From NCBI GenBank assembly GCA_043811395.1, contig JBDRNE010000025.1, positions 7,137 to 71,136 on the forward strand: DNA of 64,000 nt, read 5' to 3'. Both the position numbers and the translations under genes were made by a program. This document shows, one piece after another, positions 8,451 to 17,474 of this stretch (its first letter is position 1; the number at the start of each line of letters is the position of its first letter). The notes under the pieces are model-generated. The model had not been told where the DNA came from. It saw nothing but the letters and a program-made list of their open reading frames with translations, and searched no databases. The DNA comes from Candidatus Omnitrophota bacterium (lineage in GTDB: Bacteria; Omnitrophota; Gorgyraeia; Tantalellales; Tantalellaceae).

Positions 8451-9284
8451 ATGCATGACTTAGAAAAAAAAGCTAAAGAACTAAGACGCGTTATAGTAAA
8501 AACAATTTGTAATGGCGGCGGGGGGCATACTCCCGCTTCTCTTTCAATAGTTGAAATATTAACGGTTCTTTATTACAAAATTTTAAATATTGATCCTAAT
8601 AATTTGAAATCTCTAGAAAGAGACCGGTTTATCTTAAGTAAAGGGCATGCGGGTGTGGCTTTATACGCGATTCTTGCCGAAAAAGGTTTTTTCCCGAAAG
8701 AAGAGCTTAATACCTTTGGTCAAAAAGGAACAATTTTAGGCGGGCATCCCGATATGCATAAAATTCCAGGAGTGGAAGCTTCAACAGGCGCTCTTGGTCA
8801 CGGATTTTCGTTTGGCGCGGGGATAGCTTTAGCGGGTAAACTTGATAAAAAAAATTACAGGGTTTTTGCGCTTTTAGGAGATGGAGAATGCCAGGAAGGT
8901 TCTATCTGGGAAACAGCTTTATTCGCGCCGCAACATGGTCTTGATAATCTAATTGCAATAATTGATTATAACAAATATCAGGCGTTGGATAATTTGGAAA
9001 AAATAGTTTCGTTAGGCGCGTTGGCTGATAAATGGAAAGCATTCGGTTGGGAAGTAAAAGAAGTTGATGGTCATGACATAACTGAGTTAACGAAAGTCTT
9101 AAAAAAAGTTCCTTTTTCTTTTGGTAAACCAAGTGTCGTAATCGCGAATACCATTAAAGGTAAAGGCGTGTCTTTTATGGAAAACGTGCCGATTTGGCAT
9201 TACAGACTGCCGAATGAAAAGGAAATGAAAATATTATGTAAAGAACTTGAAATAACAATGGATGAAAGGGTAGCTTCTGAATGA
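8451..9284 (+). CDS. transketolase, N-terminal (thiamine-diphosphate-binding) subunit
   Basis: 277 aa with GHTPASLSIVEIL, SKGHAGVALYA, GALGHGFSFGAGIA and LGDGECQEGSIWE, the canonical split-transketolase A subunit motifs. Confidence 0.85.
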   Translation: MHDLEKKAKELRRVIVKTICNGGGGHTPASLSIVEILTVLYYKILNIDPNNLKSLERDRFILSKGHAGVALYAILAEKGFFPKEELNTFGQKGTILGGHPDMHKIPGVEASTGALGHGFSFGAGIALAGKLDKKNYRVFALLGDGECQEGSIWETALFAPQHGLDNLIAIIDYNKYQALDNLEKIVSLGALADKWKAFGWEVKEVDGHDITELTKVLKKVPFSFGKPSVVIANTIKGKGVSFMENVPIWHYRLPNEKEMKILCKELEITMDERVASE

Positions 9285-10228
9285 GAGATGCTTATTTGCG
9301 TGCTTTATATAGTTTAGCCAAAAACGATGAACGAATTTTCGCGCTTGTCGCGGATAATGGCGCGATTGTTTATGACAAGTATCGGCAAGATTTTCCGGAA
9401 AGGTTCATTAATTTTGGCATAGCGGAAGCCAATATGGTAAGCGTTGCCGCGGGTCTTGCTTCATGCGGGAAAGTACCTTTCGCGTATACCATTTCTAATT
9501 TCATCACAATGCGCGCGTTTGAACAGGTAAGAAACGATGTTTGTATGCAAAAAATGAATGTTAAATTAGTTGGTATCGGTGCGGGGTTTGTTTATAGCAA
9601 TTTAGGACCTACGCATCACGCTGTTGAGGATATCGCCCTTATGTCGGTTTTACCGGGCATGACAATTTTTTCCCCGGCAGATCCAATAGAAGCCTATGAA
9701 GCAACCATAGCCTCAGCAGAGATAAATGGACCAGTATATTTGCGTCTTGCAACCGGTGGCACGCCTGTAATTTACAAAGAAGATTATGAATTTAATCCCG
9801 GCAAGGGTGTGATCTTAAGGGAAGGTAGAGATGTCGCAGTTATTACCACAGGCAATATCACGCATGAAGTTATTCTTGCTATAGATGAACTTAAAAGAGA
9901 AGGCATATCAGTGCGCCTAATAAATATGCATACGATAAAACCTATTGATAAACAGATTATAGTTAAAGCGGCTGAAGATACCGGGGCTATTTTGACTATT
10001 GAGGAACATTCACTTTTTGGCGGGTTAGGTAGTTTGGTATCATTGATTTTAGTTGAAACAGATGTTTCGGTAAGTTTCAAGAGTTTAGGGTTCGACAATA
10101 CTTTTCCAGAAGGGTATGGAACATATCAGGATATGAAAAAAATGAATGGTCTTTCAAAAGATGATTTTATAAGAGAAACAAAACTTCTTTATGAAAGAAA
10201 AATGCAGAAAAACGGAATAGTGTTTTAG
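9281..10228 (+). CDS. transketolase, C-terminal (pyrimidine-binding / C-terminal domain) subunit
   Basis: 315 aa; ATGA overlap with the N-terminal subunit; FGIAEANMVSVAAGLA and GPTHHAVEDIALM motifs. Confidence 0.85.
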   Translation: MRDAYLRALYSLAKNDERIFALVADNGAIVYDKYRQDFPERFINFGIAEANMVSVAAGLASCGKVPFAYTISNFITMRAFEQVRNDVCMQKMNVKLVGIGAGFVYSNLGPTHHAVEDIALMSVLPGMTIFSPADPIEAYEATIASAEINGPVYLRLATGGTPVIYKEDYEFNPGKGVILREGRDVAVITTGNITHEVILAIDELKREGISVRLINMHTIKPIDKQIIVKAAEDTGAILTIEEHSLFGGLGSLVSLILVETDVSVSFKSLGFDNTFPEGYGTYQDMKKMNGLSKDDFIRETKLLYERKMQKNGIVF

Positions 10229-10242
10229 GGTAAAAGGAAATT

Positions 10243-11688
10243 ATGGGGGGAAAGAACGAAATAAAAAAGGTATTATTGGTTTCGCCAAGGTTTAATAAAG
10301 GCAGACATCAAATATCTATTCATCCTTTGGCAGGTCTTGGGTATATTGCCGAATCTTTAAAAAATAACGGTTTTGAAGTTAATGTTTTCGACATGAACTT
10401 GCAGTATTCTGAAAAGGATTTGGCAGAGAAAATACATAGTTTTCTTCCCGATATGGTAGGTTTTTTGATTATGACTTTTGGCTATAAAGATACTTATCGT
10501 CTGATTGAAGGAGTTAAAGAGCTGGAGCCGAATGTTAAAATTGCTGTTGGTGGACCACATATTTCTACTTTAAAAGAAAAGGTTTTACAGGAATGCTCCG
10601 CAATTGATTATGGCGTTTTGCTCGAAGGTGATAAAAGTTTTGTTAGGTTGTGTCTTAATGACGACGTAAAGAATATTCCGGGGATAGTTTATCGCGCGGA
10701 AGGTAAAATAAGAAAAAATGAGTTTAATGAATTTATTGAAAATCTAAATGAATTACCTTTTCCTAGATATGAAGCATTTGAACTTGAAAAGTACCCTGTT
10801 AAACAGATAGGCATTGTTACTTCAAGGGGGTGCCCGTATAAGTGCATATATTGTCCGGTAGTTTCTGCCATAGGTCGAAAATTTAGAGCTAGGAACGCTG
10901 ACAATATTGCAGAAGAAATAGAATATTGGCACAGTAAAGGATACAGAGAAATTCTTATTTTGGACGACAATTTTACTTTAGTTCGTTCACGCGTGGAAGA
11001 ATTATGTTGGTTGCTTATAAACAAAGATTTAAAAGACATTAGACTTAAATGTCCCAATGGTATAAGAGCTGATAAAACAGATTATGAACTTTTAAAGCTT
11101 ATGCGAAAAGCCAGGTTTGATATGATCTCTTTTGGAGTGGAATCTGCCAGTAGTAAGGTTTTAAAAAATATAAATAAAGACGAGAATATTGATGTAATAG
11201 AAGAAGCTATAAAAAACGCGTGTAGTTTAGGGTTTGAAGTTAGCCTGTTTTTTATAATAGGTTCTCCGGGAGAAACCCCGGAAGATGTTCAAAAGTCTTT
11301 TTCTTTGGCATTAAAATATCCAGTTGCTGTCAGTAATTTTTATAATATTATTCCGTTTCCTGATACAGAACTTTTTGACTGGATTAGTAAAAATAAATAT
11401 TTCTTGCGTCCATTGGAAGACATTATGAATAACGCGTCACATTTTATAAATGAGCCCTGTTTTTTTACGCCTGAAATGTCTTACGAAGAAAGAAAGCGCG
11501 CTTTTAAAAATGGTAAGAAAATTTCGAAAATTATACGAAAAAGGTTTATCGAAAAAAAACTAAAGGGTCCTGAAGTTTTAAAGAGATTGTTCAGCTGTAT
11601 TTACACTATTGGGGTTGTGGAACAAGTTTTAACGACAAATAAATCTGTAATAAAACTGAAGGAAAAATTGAAACAAGCAGTTTGTTAA
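10243..11688 (+). CDS. cobalamin (B12)-binding domain radical SAM enzyme (class B)
   Basis: N-terminal B12-binding Rossmann-like region (KKVLLVSP...GLGYIAESLKNNGFEV...IAVGGPHIS) followed by SRGCPYKCIYCPV (CxxxCxxC) and an elongated radical SAM core. Confidence 0.8.
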   Translation: MGGKNEIKKVLLVSPRFNKGRHQISIHPLAGLGYIAESLKNNGFEVNVFDMNLQYSEKDLAEKIHSFLPDMVGFLIMTFGYKDTYRLIEGVKELEPNVKIAVGGPHISTLKEKVLQECSAIDYGVLLEGDKSFVRLCLNDDVKNIPGIVYRAEGKIRKNEFNEFIENLNELPFPRYEAFELEKYPVKQIGIVTSRGCPYKCIYCPVVSAIGRKFRARNADNIAEEIEYWHSKGYREILILDDNFTLVRSRVEELCWLLINKDLKDIRLKCPNGIRADKTDYELLKLMRKARFDMISFGVESASSKVLKNINKDENIDVIEEAIKNACSLGFEVSLFFIIGSPGETPEDVQKSFSLALKYPVAVSNFYNIIPFPDTELFDWISKNKYFLRPLEDIMNNASHFINEPCFFTPEMSYEERKRAFKNGKKISKIIRKRFIEKKLKGPEVLKRLFSCIYTIGVVEQVLTTNKSVIKLKEKLKQAVC

Positions 11689-11701
11689 CGAAGGAGCACA
11701 A

Positions 11702-12364
11702 ATGGGAAGCCTTCTAAATGTAATAACGCCGCTTCATAAAAGGGCAAAAAGAGATTATGTCGCGAGGATGATAAAAGATAAAGTCGATTGTTCCCGAATT
11801 GCCCGCCAATATGGAAAAGATTATTGGGATGGTGACAGAAAATACGGGTATGGCGGGTATAAATATGACGGTAGATGGAGTGTTGTTGCACAAGGGTTAA
11901 TTGATTTATATAAACTTCCAGTAAATGCAAAGATTTTAGATGTTGGGTGCGGGAAAGGGTTTCTTTTGTATGAATTAAAAAAACTTCTGCCCCGTGCGGA
12001 AATAAAAGGATTTGACATTTCAAGCTATGCAATTGAAAATTCAAAGGAAGAGGTCCGGGATAGTTTGTTTGTGCATAAAGCAGAGGACGAGTTTCCTTTT
12101 AATGACAAAGAATTTGATCTGGTTATTTCGATCTCAACGCTTCACAATTTGTGCGTGGGCGACTTAAAAAGCGCTCTCAAAGAAATTGAGAGAACCGGCC
12201 GGAATAAGTATGTTACGATGGAAGCTTACAGGAACGAAGAAGAACTTTTTAATCTCGAGTGTTGGGCATTGACTTGTGAATCGTTTTTTAGACCCGAAGA
12301 ATGGCAGTATTTGTTTAATGAGTTTGGGTATTCGGGTGATTTTGAATTTATTTATTTTGAATAA
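11702..12364 (+). CDS. class I SAM-dependent methyltransferase
   Basis: Motif I ILDVGCGKGFLL, acidic motif II (EIKGFDIS), motif III (FDLVISISTLHNL). AAGGAG RBS 6 nt upstream of ATG 11702. Confidence 0.65.
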   Translation: MGSLLNVITPLHKRAKRDYVARMIKDKVDCSRIARQYGKDYWDGDRKYGYGGYKYDGRWSVVAQGLIDLYKLPVNAKILDVGCGKGFLLYELKKLLPRAEIKGFDISSYAIENSKEEVRDSLFVHKAEDEFPFNDKEFDLVISISTLHNLCVGDLKSALKEIERTGRNKYVTMEAYRNEEELFNLECWALTCESFFRPEEWQYLFNEFGYSGDFEFIYFE

Positions 12365-12375
12365 TAAGAGGGGTT

Positions 12376-13446
12376 ATGGGGAATATTTATACTAAAATGA
12401 AAATATTTCATTTCAAAGAAAAAATAGATTCTCTTCCAAGGGAAAAAGGAAAAGTTTTAGCGCCTATTCACATCAGAATAAAACCGACAAATGTGTGCAA
12501 TCATAACTGTTCGTATTGCGCGTATAGGGCGGACGATTTGCAGTTGGGCAAAGACATGGTTCAGCGTGATTTTATTTCTAAAGAAAAAATGATGGAAATA
12601 ATTGATGATGTAATTGAAATGGGGGTTAAAAGTGTTACTTTCTCCGGCGGGGGAGATCCTTTTTGTTATCCATATCTTTTTGACGCGGCAAAAAGATTAT
12701 CCGAATCAGATGTTAAATTTGCTTCACTTACAAATGGGGCTTTGCTGGACGGGGAAAAAGCTGAAATTTTCGCGAAAAACGCTTCCTGGATTCGAATTTC
12801 TATGGATGGGTGGGATGACGAAAGTTATTCTGAGTATCGGGGGGTACCCAAAGGAGAATTTACGAAAGTTTTGAATAACATAAAAAATTTTAAAACGTAT
12901 AATGGTGCCTGTTTTTTAGGGGTTTGTATTATTGTTGATAAAAAAAATGCGTCACATGTATATGAATTAGCGGAACAAATAAGAGAGAGCGGGGCTAATA
13001 GCGTGAAAATAGCGCCGTGTATTGTTAGTAACAGCGGTAAAGAGAATAATGAGTATCATGAGCCTATATTTGATAAAGTTAAAGTAGAGATTGCTCGAGT
13101 TATAAAAAAACTTGGTGATGTTGATTTTGAGATATTTGATTCATACCACGGACAACTAGAAACTTTTGAAAAAGAATATTCATGGTGCCCGTATCTGCAG
13201 ATTTTGCCTGTTATTGGCGCGGATCTCAATATTTATCCGTGTCAGGATAAGGCTTATAATCTTGACGAAGGGCTGATAGGATCTATAAAAGAAGTCAGGT
13301 TTAAAGATTTTTGGTTTTCTGATAAAAATAAGTTTTTTAAAGTTAATCCTTCGCGGCATTGCGCGCATCATTGCGTGGCAGACGGCAAAAATAAACTCAT
13401 TTTAGATTACTTGAATGTAGACAAAAATCATATGGGGTTTGTATAA
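12376..13446 (+). CDS. radical SAM enzyme with C-terminal Cys-rich (SPASM/twitch-like) extension; paralog of 7154-8227
   Basis: CNHNCSYCAY cluster, SFSGGGDPF SAM-binding motif, C-terminal cysteines (WCPYLQ ... YPCQDK ... HCAHHCV). Confidence 0.7.
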   Translation: MGNIYTKMKIFHFKEKIDSLPREKGKVLAPIHIRIKPTNVCNHNCSYCAYRADDLQLGKDMVQRDFISKEKMMEIIDDVIEMGVKSVTFSGGGDPFCYPYLFDAAKRLSESDVKFASLTNGALLDGEKAEIFAKNASWIRISMDGWDDESYSEYRGVPKGEFTKVLNNIKNFKTYNGACFLGVCIIVDKKNASHVYELAEQIRESGANSVKIAPCIVSNSGKENNEYHEPIFDKVKVEIARVIKKLGDVDFEIFDSYHGQLETFEKEYSWCPYLQILPVIGADLNIYPCQDKAYNLDEGLIGSIKEVRFKDFWFSDKNKFFKVNPSRHCAHHCVADGKNKLILDYLNVDKNHMGFV

Positions 13447-13462
13447 CCAAAAGAAGTATCGG

Positions 13463-14482
13463 ATGTATTTAAAAAAAACGAAATTGCATAAACGTCAAAG
13501 GTTGCATAGAGCCGGAGATTTGAGAACTATTTCGCTTGATGTGACATCCCTGTGTAGTATGAATTGTCCTCATTGTTATGCTGAATCATTTGTAAATGCG
13601 AAACCTATAGAACTTGATGTTTTGAAGCGCGCCATGGACGAAGCATATGAACTTGGTGTATTTCACTATGTTTTTCAGGGAGGAGAGCCCATTGAGGATC
13701 CTGAGAGGTTGGAAGCGATATTTCGCATGTGTTATCCTGATGAAACTTACATGAATGTTGTAAGTAACGGGTGGCACATGAATCGTGATATGATACGTTG
13801 GCTAAAGAGTTTAAAGGTTGATAAAATTGCTTTTAGTCTGGATTCGGGGATAGAAGAAGAACATGATAAGAACAGGCGAGCGGGTTCTTATAACAGAGTT
13901 CTTGAGGCCGTGGATATTGTTTTGGGAGAAGGTCTTTTAACATCCATTTCTATCGTAGTTACCCATCACTCTTTGCATTCGGCAGGATTCAAGGCCGCGT
14001 ATGATTATGCCGAAAGTAAAGGAATAAGACTGGATGTGCAGATAGCCGAACCTGTCGGAAAGTGGGATGGCAACACAACATGTCTTATGACTCCCGACGA
14101 TTCTCTGTATATCAAGGAATTGCAAAGAAAAGCTCCTATCTTAAAAAACGGACAATGTATGGTGAATCGCGATATTTTTTGCGGAGAACAAGATCATTGT
14201 CCCGCCGGAACCGAATTTATGGGGCTTTCCATTGACGGTGAGTTATTGCCGTGTAATTTTCTTCAATTCAGCGTAGGGAATATACGCAAGGAAACAATAG
14301 GAGAAATGCGTAGGAAATTGTTGACGAATCATTGGTTTTGGGGACAACACCCTTGTTGCTTATGTGGAGAAGATCCTGACTTTATAAATTCATTTATTAC
14401 TCCTTATGTCGGGCAGAAAAAACCGCTTGATGCGAACAAAATCTTTAATTTAATGAAAGGGGCAGAGCATGGGAGAGTTTGA
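13463..14482 (+). CDS. radical SAM / SPASM-domain enzyme
   Basis: CSMNCPHCYA cluster and FQGGEP motif; C-terminal SPASM-like cysteine pattern (FCGEQDHCPAG ... LPCNF ... HPCCLCGE). Track ORF begins at TTG 13439; ATG 13463 is preferred. Confidence 0.65.
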   Translation: MYLKKTKLHKRQRLHRAGDLRTISLDVTSLCSMNCPHCYAESFVNAKPIELDVLKRAMDEAYELGVFHYVFQGGEPIEDPERLEAIFRMCYPDETYMNVVSNGWHMNRDMIRWLKSLKVDKIAFSLDSGIEEEHDKNRRAGSYNRVLEAVDIVLGEGLLTSISIVVTHHSLHSAGFKAAYDYAESKGIRLDVQIAEPVGKWDGNTTCLMTPDDSLYIKELQRKAPILKNGQCMVNRDIFCGEQDHCPAGTEFMGLSIDGELLPCNFLQFSVGNIRKETIGEMRRKLLTNHWFWGQHPCCLCGEDPDFINSFITPYVGQKKPLDANKIFNLMKGAEHGRV

Positions 14483-15236
14483 TGGTTTTAAGAAAACAGG
14501 GATAGATTCAGATGTTGAAAAGGACCTGGAAAAGCATTTTCGCAGATTTAATATTGGCCCCTTGGATGCGCTTAAACTTTTTCCCGTACTTGCTCGCCGG
14601 CAGTGGTTGAAGCGATTCTTAGCCCATGTTGAGCTGTTCCAAAAGACCTTAGATGTGCCTGGGGATATTGCGGAGTTGGGAGTCTTTCGCGGATTGGGTC
14701 TTATGACGTGGGCTAATTTGCTGGAAGCCTACTGCATAGGGGACCGCACAAAGATTGTTTATGGGTTTGACAATTGGAAGGGGTTTACTGAACTTGATCC
14801 AGAAGACGGAAAAGACTCTACCTCAGTTCAAAAGTTTGTTGGTGGGTTTTCTCCGGAAAAATACTATAACGAGATAAAACAAGCGATTGCCATTTTTGAT
14901 AAAGACAGATTTATTCCATGGAAACCACGTGTAAAATTGGTCAAAGGAGATGTAGTAAAAACAGTACCAAAATTTATAAAAGAGAATCCAGGAACACGTT
15001 TTTCTTTGATTCATTTTGATTGCGATCTATATCGTCCTACGAAGATTGCACTAGAAGTTCTATGGCCTGTTTTGTCTCGAGGTGGAGTAATGTTGTTCGA
15101 TGAATATTCTATTTCGGAATGGCCGGGAGAAACCAGAGCTGTTGATGATTTTTTTAACAACAAAGCAAATGTTAGGATCAAGGCGCTTTCGTGGACCAAT
15201 GCTCCAGCAGGCTATGTTATTAAGGGAAGCGATTGA
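14469..15236 (+). CDS. TylF/MycF/NovP-family sugar O-methyltransferase (class I SAM MT)
   Basis: 255 aa with ELGVFRG(L) SAM-binding motif and DCDLYRPT metal/substrate motif resembling macrocin O-methyltransferases; overlaps the upstream gene by 14 nt. Confidence 0.55.
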   Translation: MGEFDGFKKTGIDSDVEKDLEKHFRRFNIGPLDALKLFPVLARRQWLKRFLAHVELFQKTLDVPGDIAELGVFRGLGLMTWANLLEAYCIGDRTKIVYGFDNWKGFTELDPEDGKDSTSVQKFVGGFSPEKYYNEIKQAIAIFDKDRFIPWKPRVKLVKGDVVKTVPKFIKENPGTRFSLIHFDCDLYRPTKIALEVLWPVLSRGGVMLFDEYSISEWPGETRAVDDFFNNKANVRIKALSWTNAPAGYVIKGSD

Positions 15237-15381
15237 GGGGGATAATAAAAAGCCCACCGCTCAAATAGGAGAGGAAAGTGGTAGGGGGGGCGCATAGGAA
15301 CTATGTTGTTGATTTTGGTTCTTTTTTTGAAAACGTACTGTATAAACGAGGCGATATCATAAAGAGGCAGGTGGGGGACGT

Positions 15382-16287
15382 TTGACATATTTGATAGTAG
15401 GATCGGACAGTCTTATCGGAGGGGCTTTGATGTCCGAGTTGAAACGGACTGGCAGGCAGGTAATAGGGACGACAAGGCGCCGCGAAACCGTAGATACGGA
15501 TCATTTTTATCTTGACCTATTAAAAGACCCCGGAACGTGGAATTGTCCCGATTTTGTTACTGTTGCTTTTGTCTGTGCCAGTGTAACCAGGATCGAAAGT
15601 TGTAGACGTGATCCAGTTGAAAGCGCTCGTGTGAACGTAAAAGGAATATTCGAATTGGTTAGGAATTTGACTGAGAAGGGGATATTTGTGATTTACCTGT
15701 CGACGAATCAGGTGTTTGACGGGACGGTACCACATCGTTTGCCAGATGATCAATTGTCTCCCATTACAGAATATGGAAAACAGAAGGCAGAAGCCGAACG
15801 CTTGATCAGCCGGTTTGATCCTCTTGTTGCGATTGTACGTTTTTCAAAGATTTTGGAACCGAGGAATCCGCTTTTTTGCGAGTGGCAAAGGCTTCTTCGA
15901 AAAGGGAAAGTTATTCATCCTTTTTTCGATATGGTTATGGCTCCGGTGGGGCTTGCTTGTGCGGTTTCCATATTATCGATTATGGGAGAACATTGTTTAC
16001 CCGGTATTTTTCAAGTGTCCGGAAATGAGGACGTTTCGTATGCCGAAGTTGCCCATATAGGAGCGACAATATGTGGCGTAGATGAAAGATTAGTACAGCC
16101 GGTTCTTTCATCCAGATCCGGGTGTTATTTAGAAAAAGTAGTCGAACACACGACTATGGATGTGACCAGGTTAAAATTAGTTTTTGGAGTAGAAATACCG
16201 GATGTAAGAACTACAATTAAGACAATATTTACTGAACTACTGGCATTCGAAGAACGTTCTGTATCTCTGAAAAAAGGAGAATATTAA
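15382..16287 (+). CDS. RmlD-like NAD(P)-dependent sugar reductase/epimerase (dTDP-4-dehydrorhamnose reductase family)
   Basis: TTG start; N-terminal LIVGSDSLIGGAL nucleotide-binding loop; YGKQK catalytic YxxxK; ~300 aa, typical RmlD size. Locally higher GC than the rest of the window. Confidence 0.55.
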   Translation: MTYLIVGSDSLIGGALMSELKRTGRQVIGTTRRRETVDTDHFYLDLLKDPGTWNCPDFVTVAFVCASVTRIESCRRDPVESARVNVKGIFELVRNLTEKGIFVIYLSTNQVFDGTVPHRLPDDQLSPITEYGKQKAEAERLISRFDPLVAIVRFSKILEPRNPLFCEWQRLLRKGKVIHPFFDMVMAPVGLACAVSILSIMGEHCLPGIFQVSGNEDVSYAEVAHIGATICGVDERLVQPVLSSRSGCYLEKVVEHTTMDVTRLKLVFGVEIPDVRTTIKTIFTELLAFEERSVSLKKGEY

Positions 16288-16289
16288 TA

Positions 16290-17474
16290 ATGCCAACAAA
16301 CCCGGTCGAAATGTGTGTGTTATGTGGTCACGATACTTTTAAAGAATTTTCCCAATCTATGCGGTTAAAGTCTGTTACTTCGGATTGTAAATTCTGGGAT
16401 TGTGGCGGAATTATCGAGGTTTGCGAATATTGCGGGCATATCCAAAAACGAATGGATCCTTTGTGGAGGGAAGAAGTATCTCGGATATATGCCAACTATA
16501 CGATATACCACTTAAGTGAGGGGAAAGAACAGGTTGTTTTTGATGATGATAGTTCAGCAGTTTTTCCCCGGTCCTTGCGGATATTTGAGTCCTTGGAAGG
16601 ACAAGTTAACATATCGGAGCAAGGTTGTTTGATGGATGTGGGATGCGGAAATGGAGAATTACTGTGTTTGTTCAATAAAAAATATCCTGGGTGGGTTCTT
16701 GCTGGATACGAGCAGGACGAAAAATGTAGAGGAAATATTGTCCGAATACCTGGTGTGCGGCATTTTTATTCCGGCGAGATCGATCTGATCGATCAGATCG
16801 ATCAGAAATTTGATTTCATCACACTTATGGATGTTTTGGAACATGTATTCCAGCCAGTGCAGTTATTGAAACAGCTGCGTAGTAAGCTCGTTTCGGGCGG
16901 TATGGTACTTGTCCATGTGCCTGATTATTCACAGAATCCGTTTGATTTGTTAGTTATGGATCATTGTTCTCATTTTACACCGGAAACGCTCATCCAGACC
17001 GCCCGGCATTCTGGTTTTGAAGTAAGAGTTTTCGCTACGGACTGGATACCGCGATACATTACGGTTGTACTGTGTGTTACGAAAAACCAGGCCATGCAAA
17101 AGATCGCGAAAAGGGATCCGAAGGATGTGGCAAAAGCAGTGGCAGTTGATATCAAATGGTTGGAGGATGTGGTTGAGCACGCTCGTAAGAGTGCAGATAA
17201 GGGCGAGTTGGGTGTTTTTGGAACAGCGATAGCCGGAACTTGGCTGGCTGGCAGGTTGGGTTCCTTGGCATGTTTTTTTGTGGATGAAGATCCTATGAGA
17301 TTGGGGAAAACGCACATGGGTAGGGAAGTTATTCATCCGTTTGATGTGCTCGAAAACAACGAAGTATATTTACCCGTGGTGCCTGAAAAAGCTACACAAA
17401 TTAATAATCGCTTCAAAAGATCTGAAAAATTATTGAAACTTATTCTTCCTCCGATGTTTTCTAGCAAATTATGA
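16290..17474 (+). CDS. NDP-hexose C-methyltransferase-like enzyme (N-terminal Zn-ribbon, class I MT core, C-methyltransferase C-terminal domain; TylC3/EvaC-like architecture)
   Basis: CVLCGHD ... CEYCGH zinc-ribbon; LMDVGCGNGELL motif I; C-terminal GVFGTAIAGTWLAGRLG ... FFVDEDP Rossmann-like tail characteristic of sugar C-methyltransferases. AAAAGGAGAA RBS upstream. Confidence 0.55.
   Translation: MPTNPVEMCVLCGHDTFKEFSQSMRLKSVTSDCKFWDCGGIIEVCEYCGHIQKRMDPLWREEVSRIYANYTIYHLSEGKEQVVFDDDSSAVFPRSLRIFESLEGQVNISEQGCLMDVGCGNGELLCLFNKKYPGWVLAGYEQDEKCRGNIVRIPGVRHFYSGEIDLIDQIDQKFDFITLMDVLEHVFQPVQLLKQLRSKLVSGGMVLVHVPDYSQNPFDLLVMDHCSHFTPETLIQTARHSGFEVRVFATDWIPRYITVVLCVTKNQAMQKIAKRDPKDVAKAVAVDIKWLEDVVEHARKSADKGELGVFGTAIAGTWLAGRLGSLACFFVDEDPMRLGKTHMGREVIHPFDVLENNEVYLPVVPEKATQINNRFKRSEKLLKLILPPMFSSKL

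Noticed and set aside
16780-16806. Possible CRISPR-like or phase-variable repeat (GATCGATCAG tandem)
   Set aside because: Only two or three short units, in-frame and coding (EIDLIDQIDQ), no spacers, no cas genes. Not a CRISPR array and not a frameshifting SSR.
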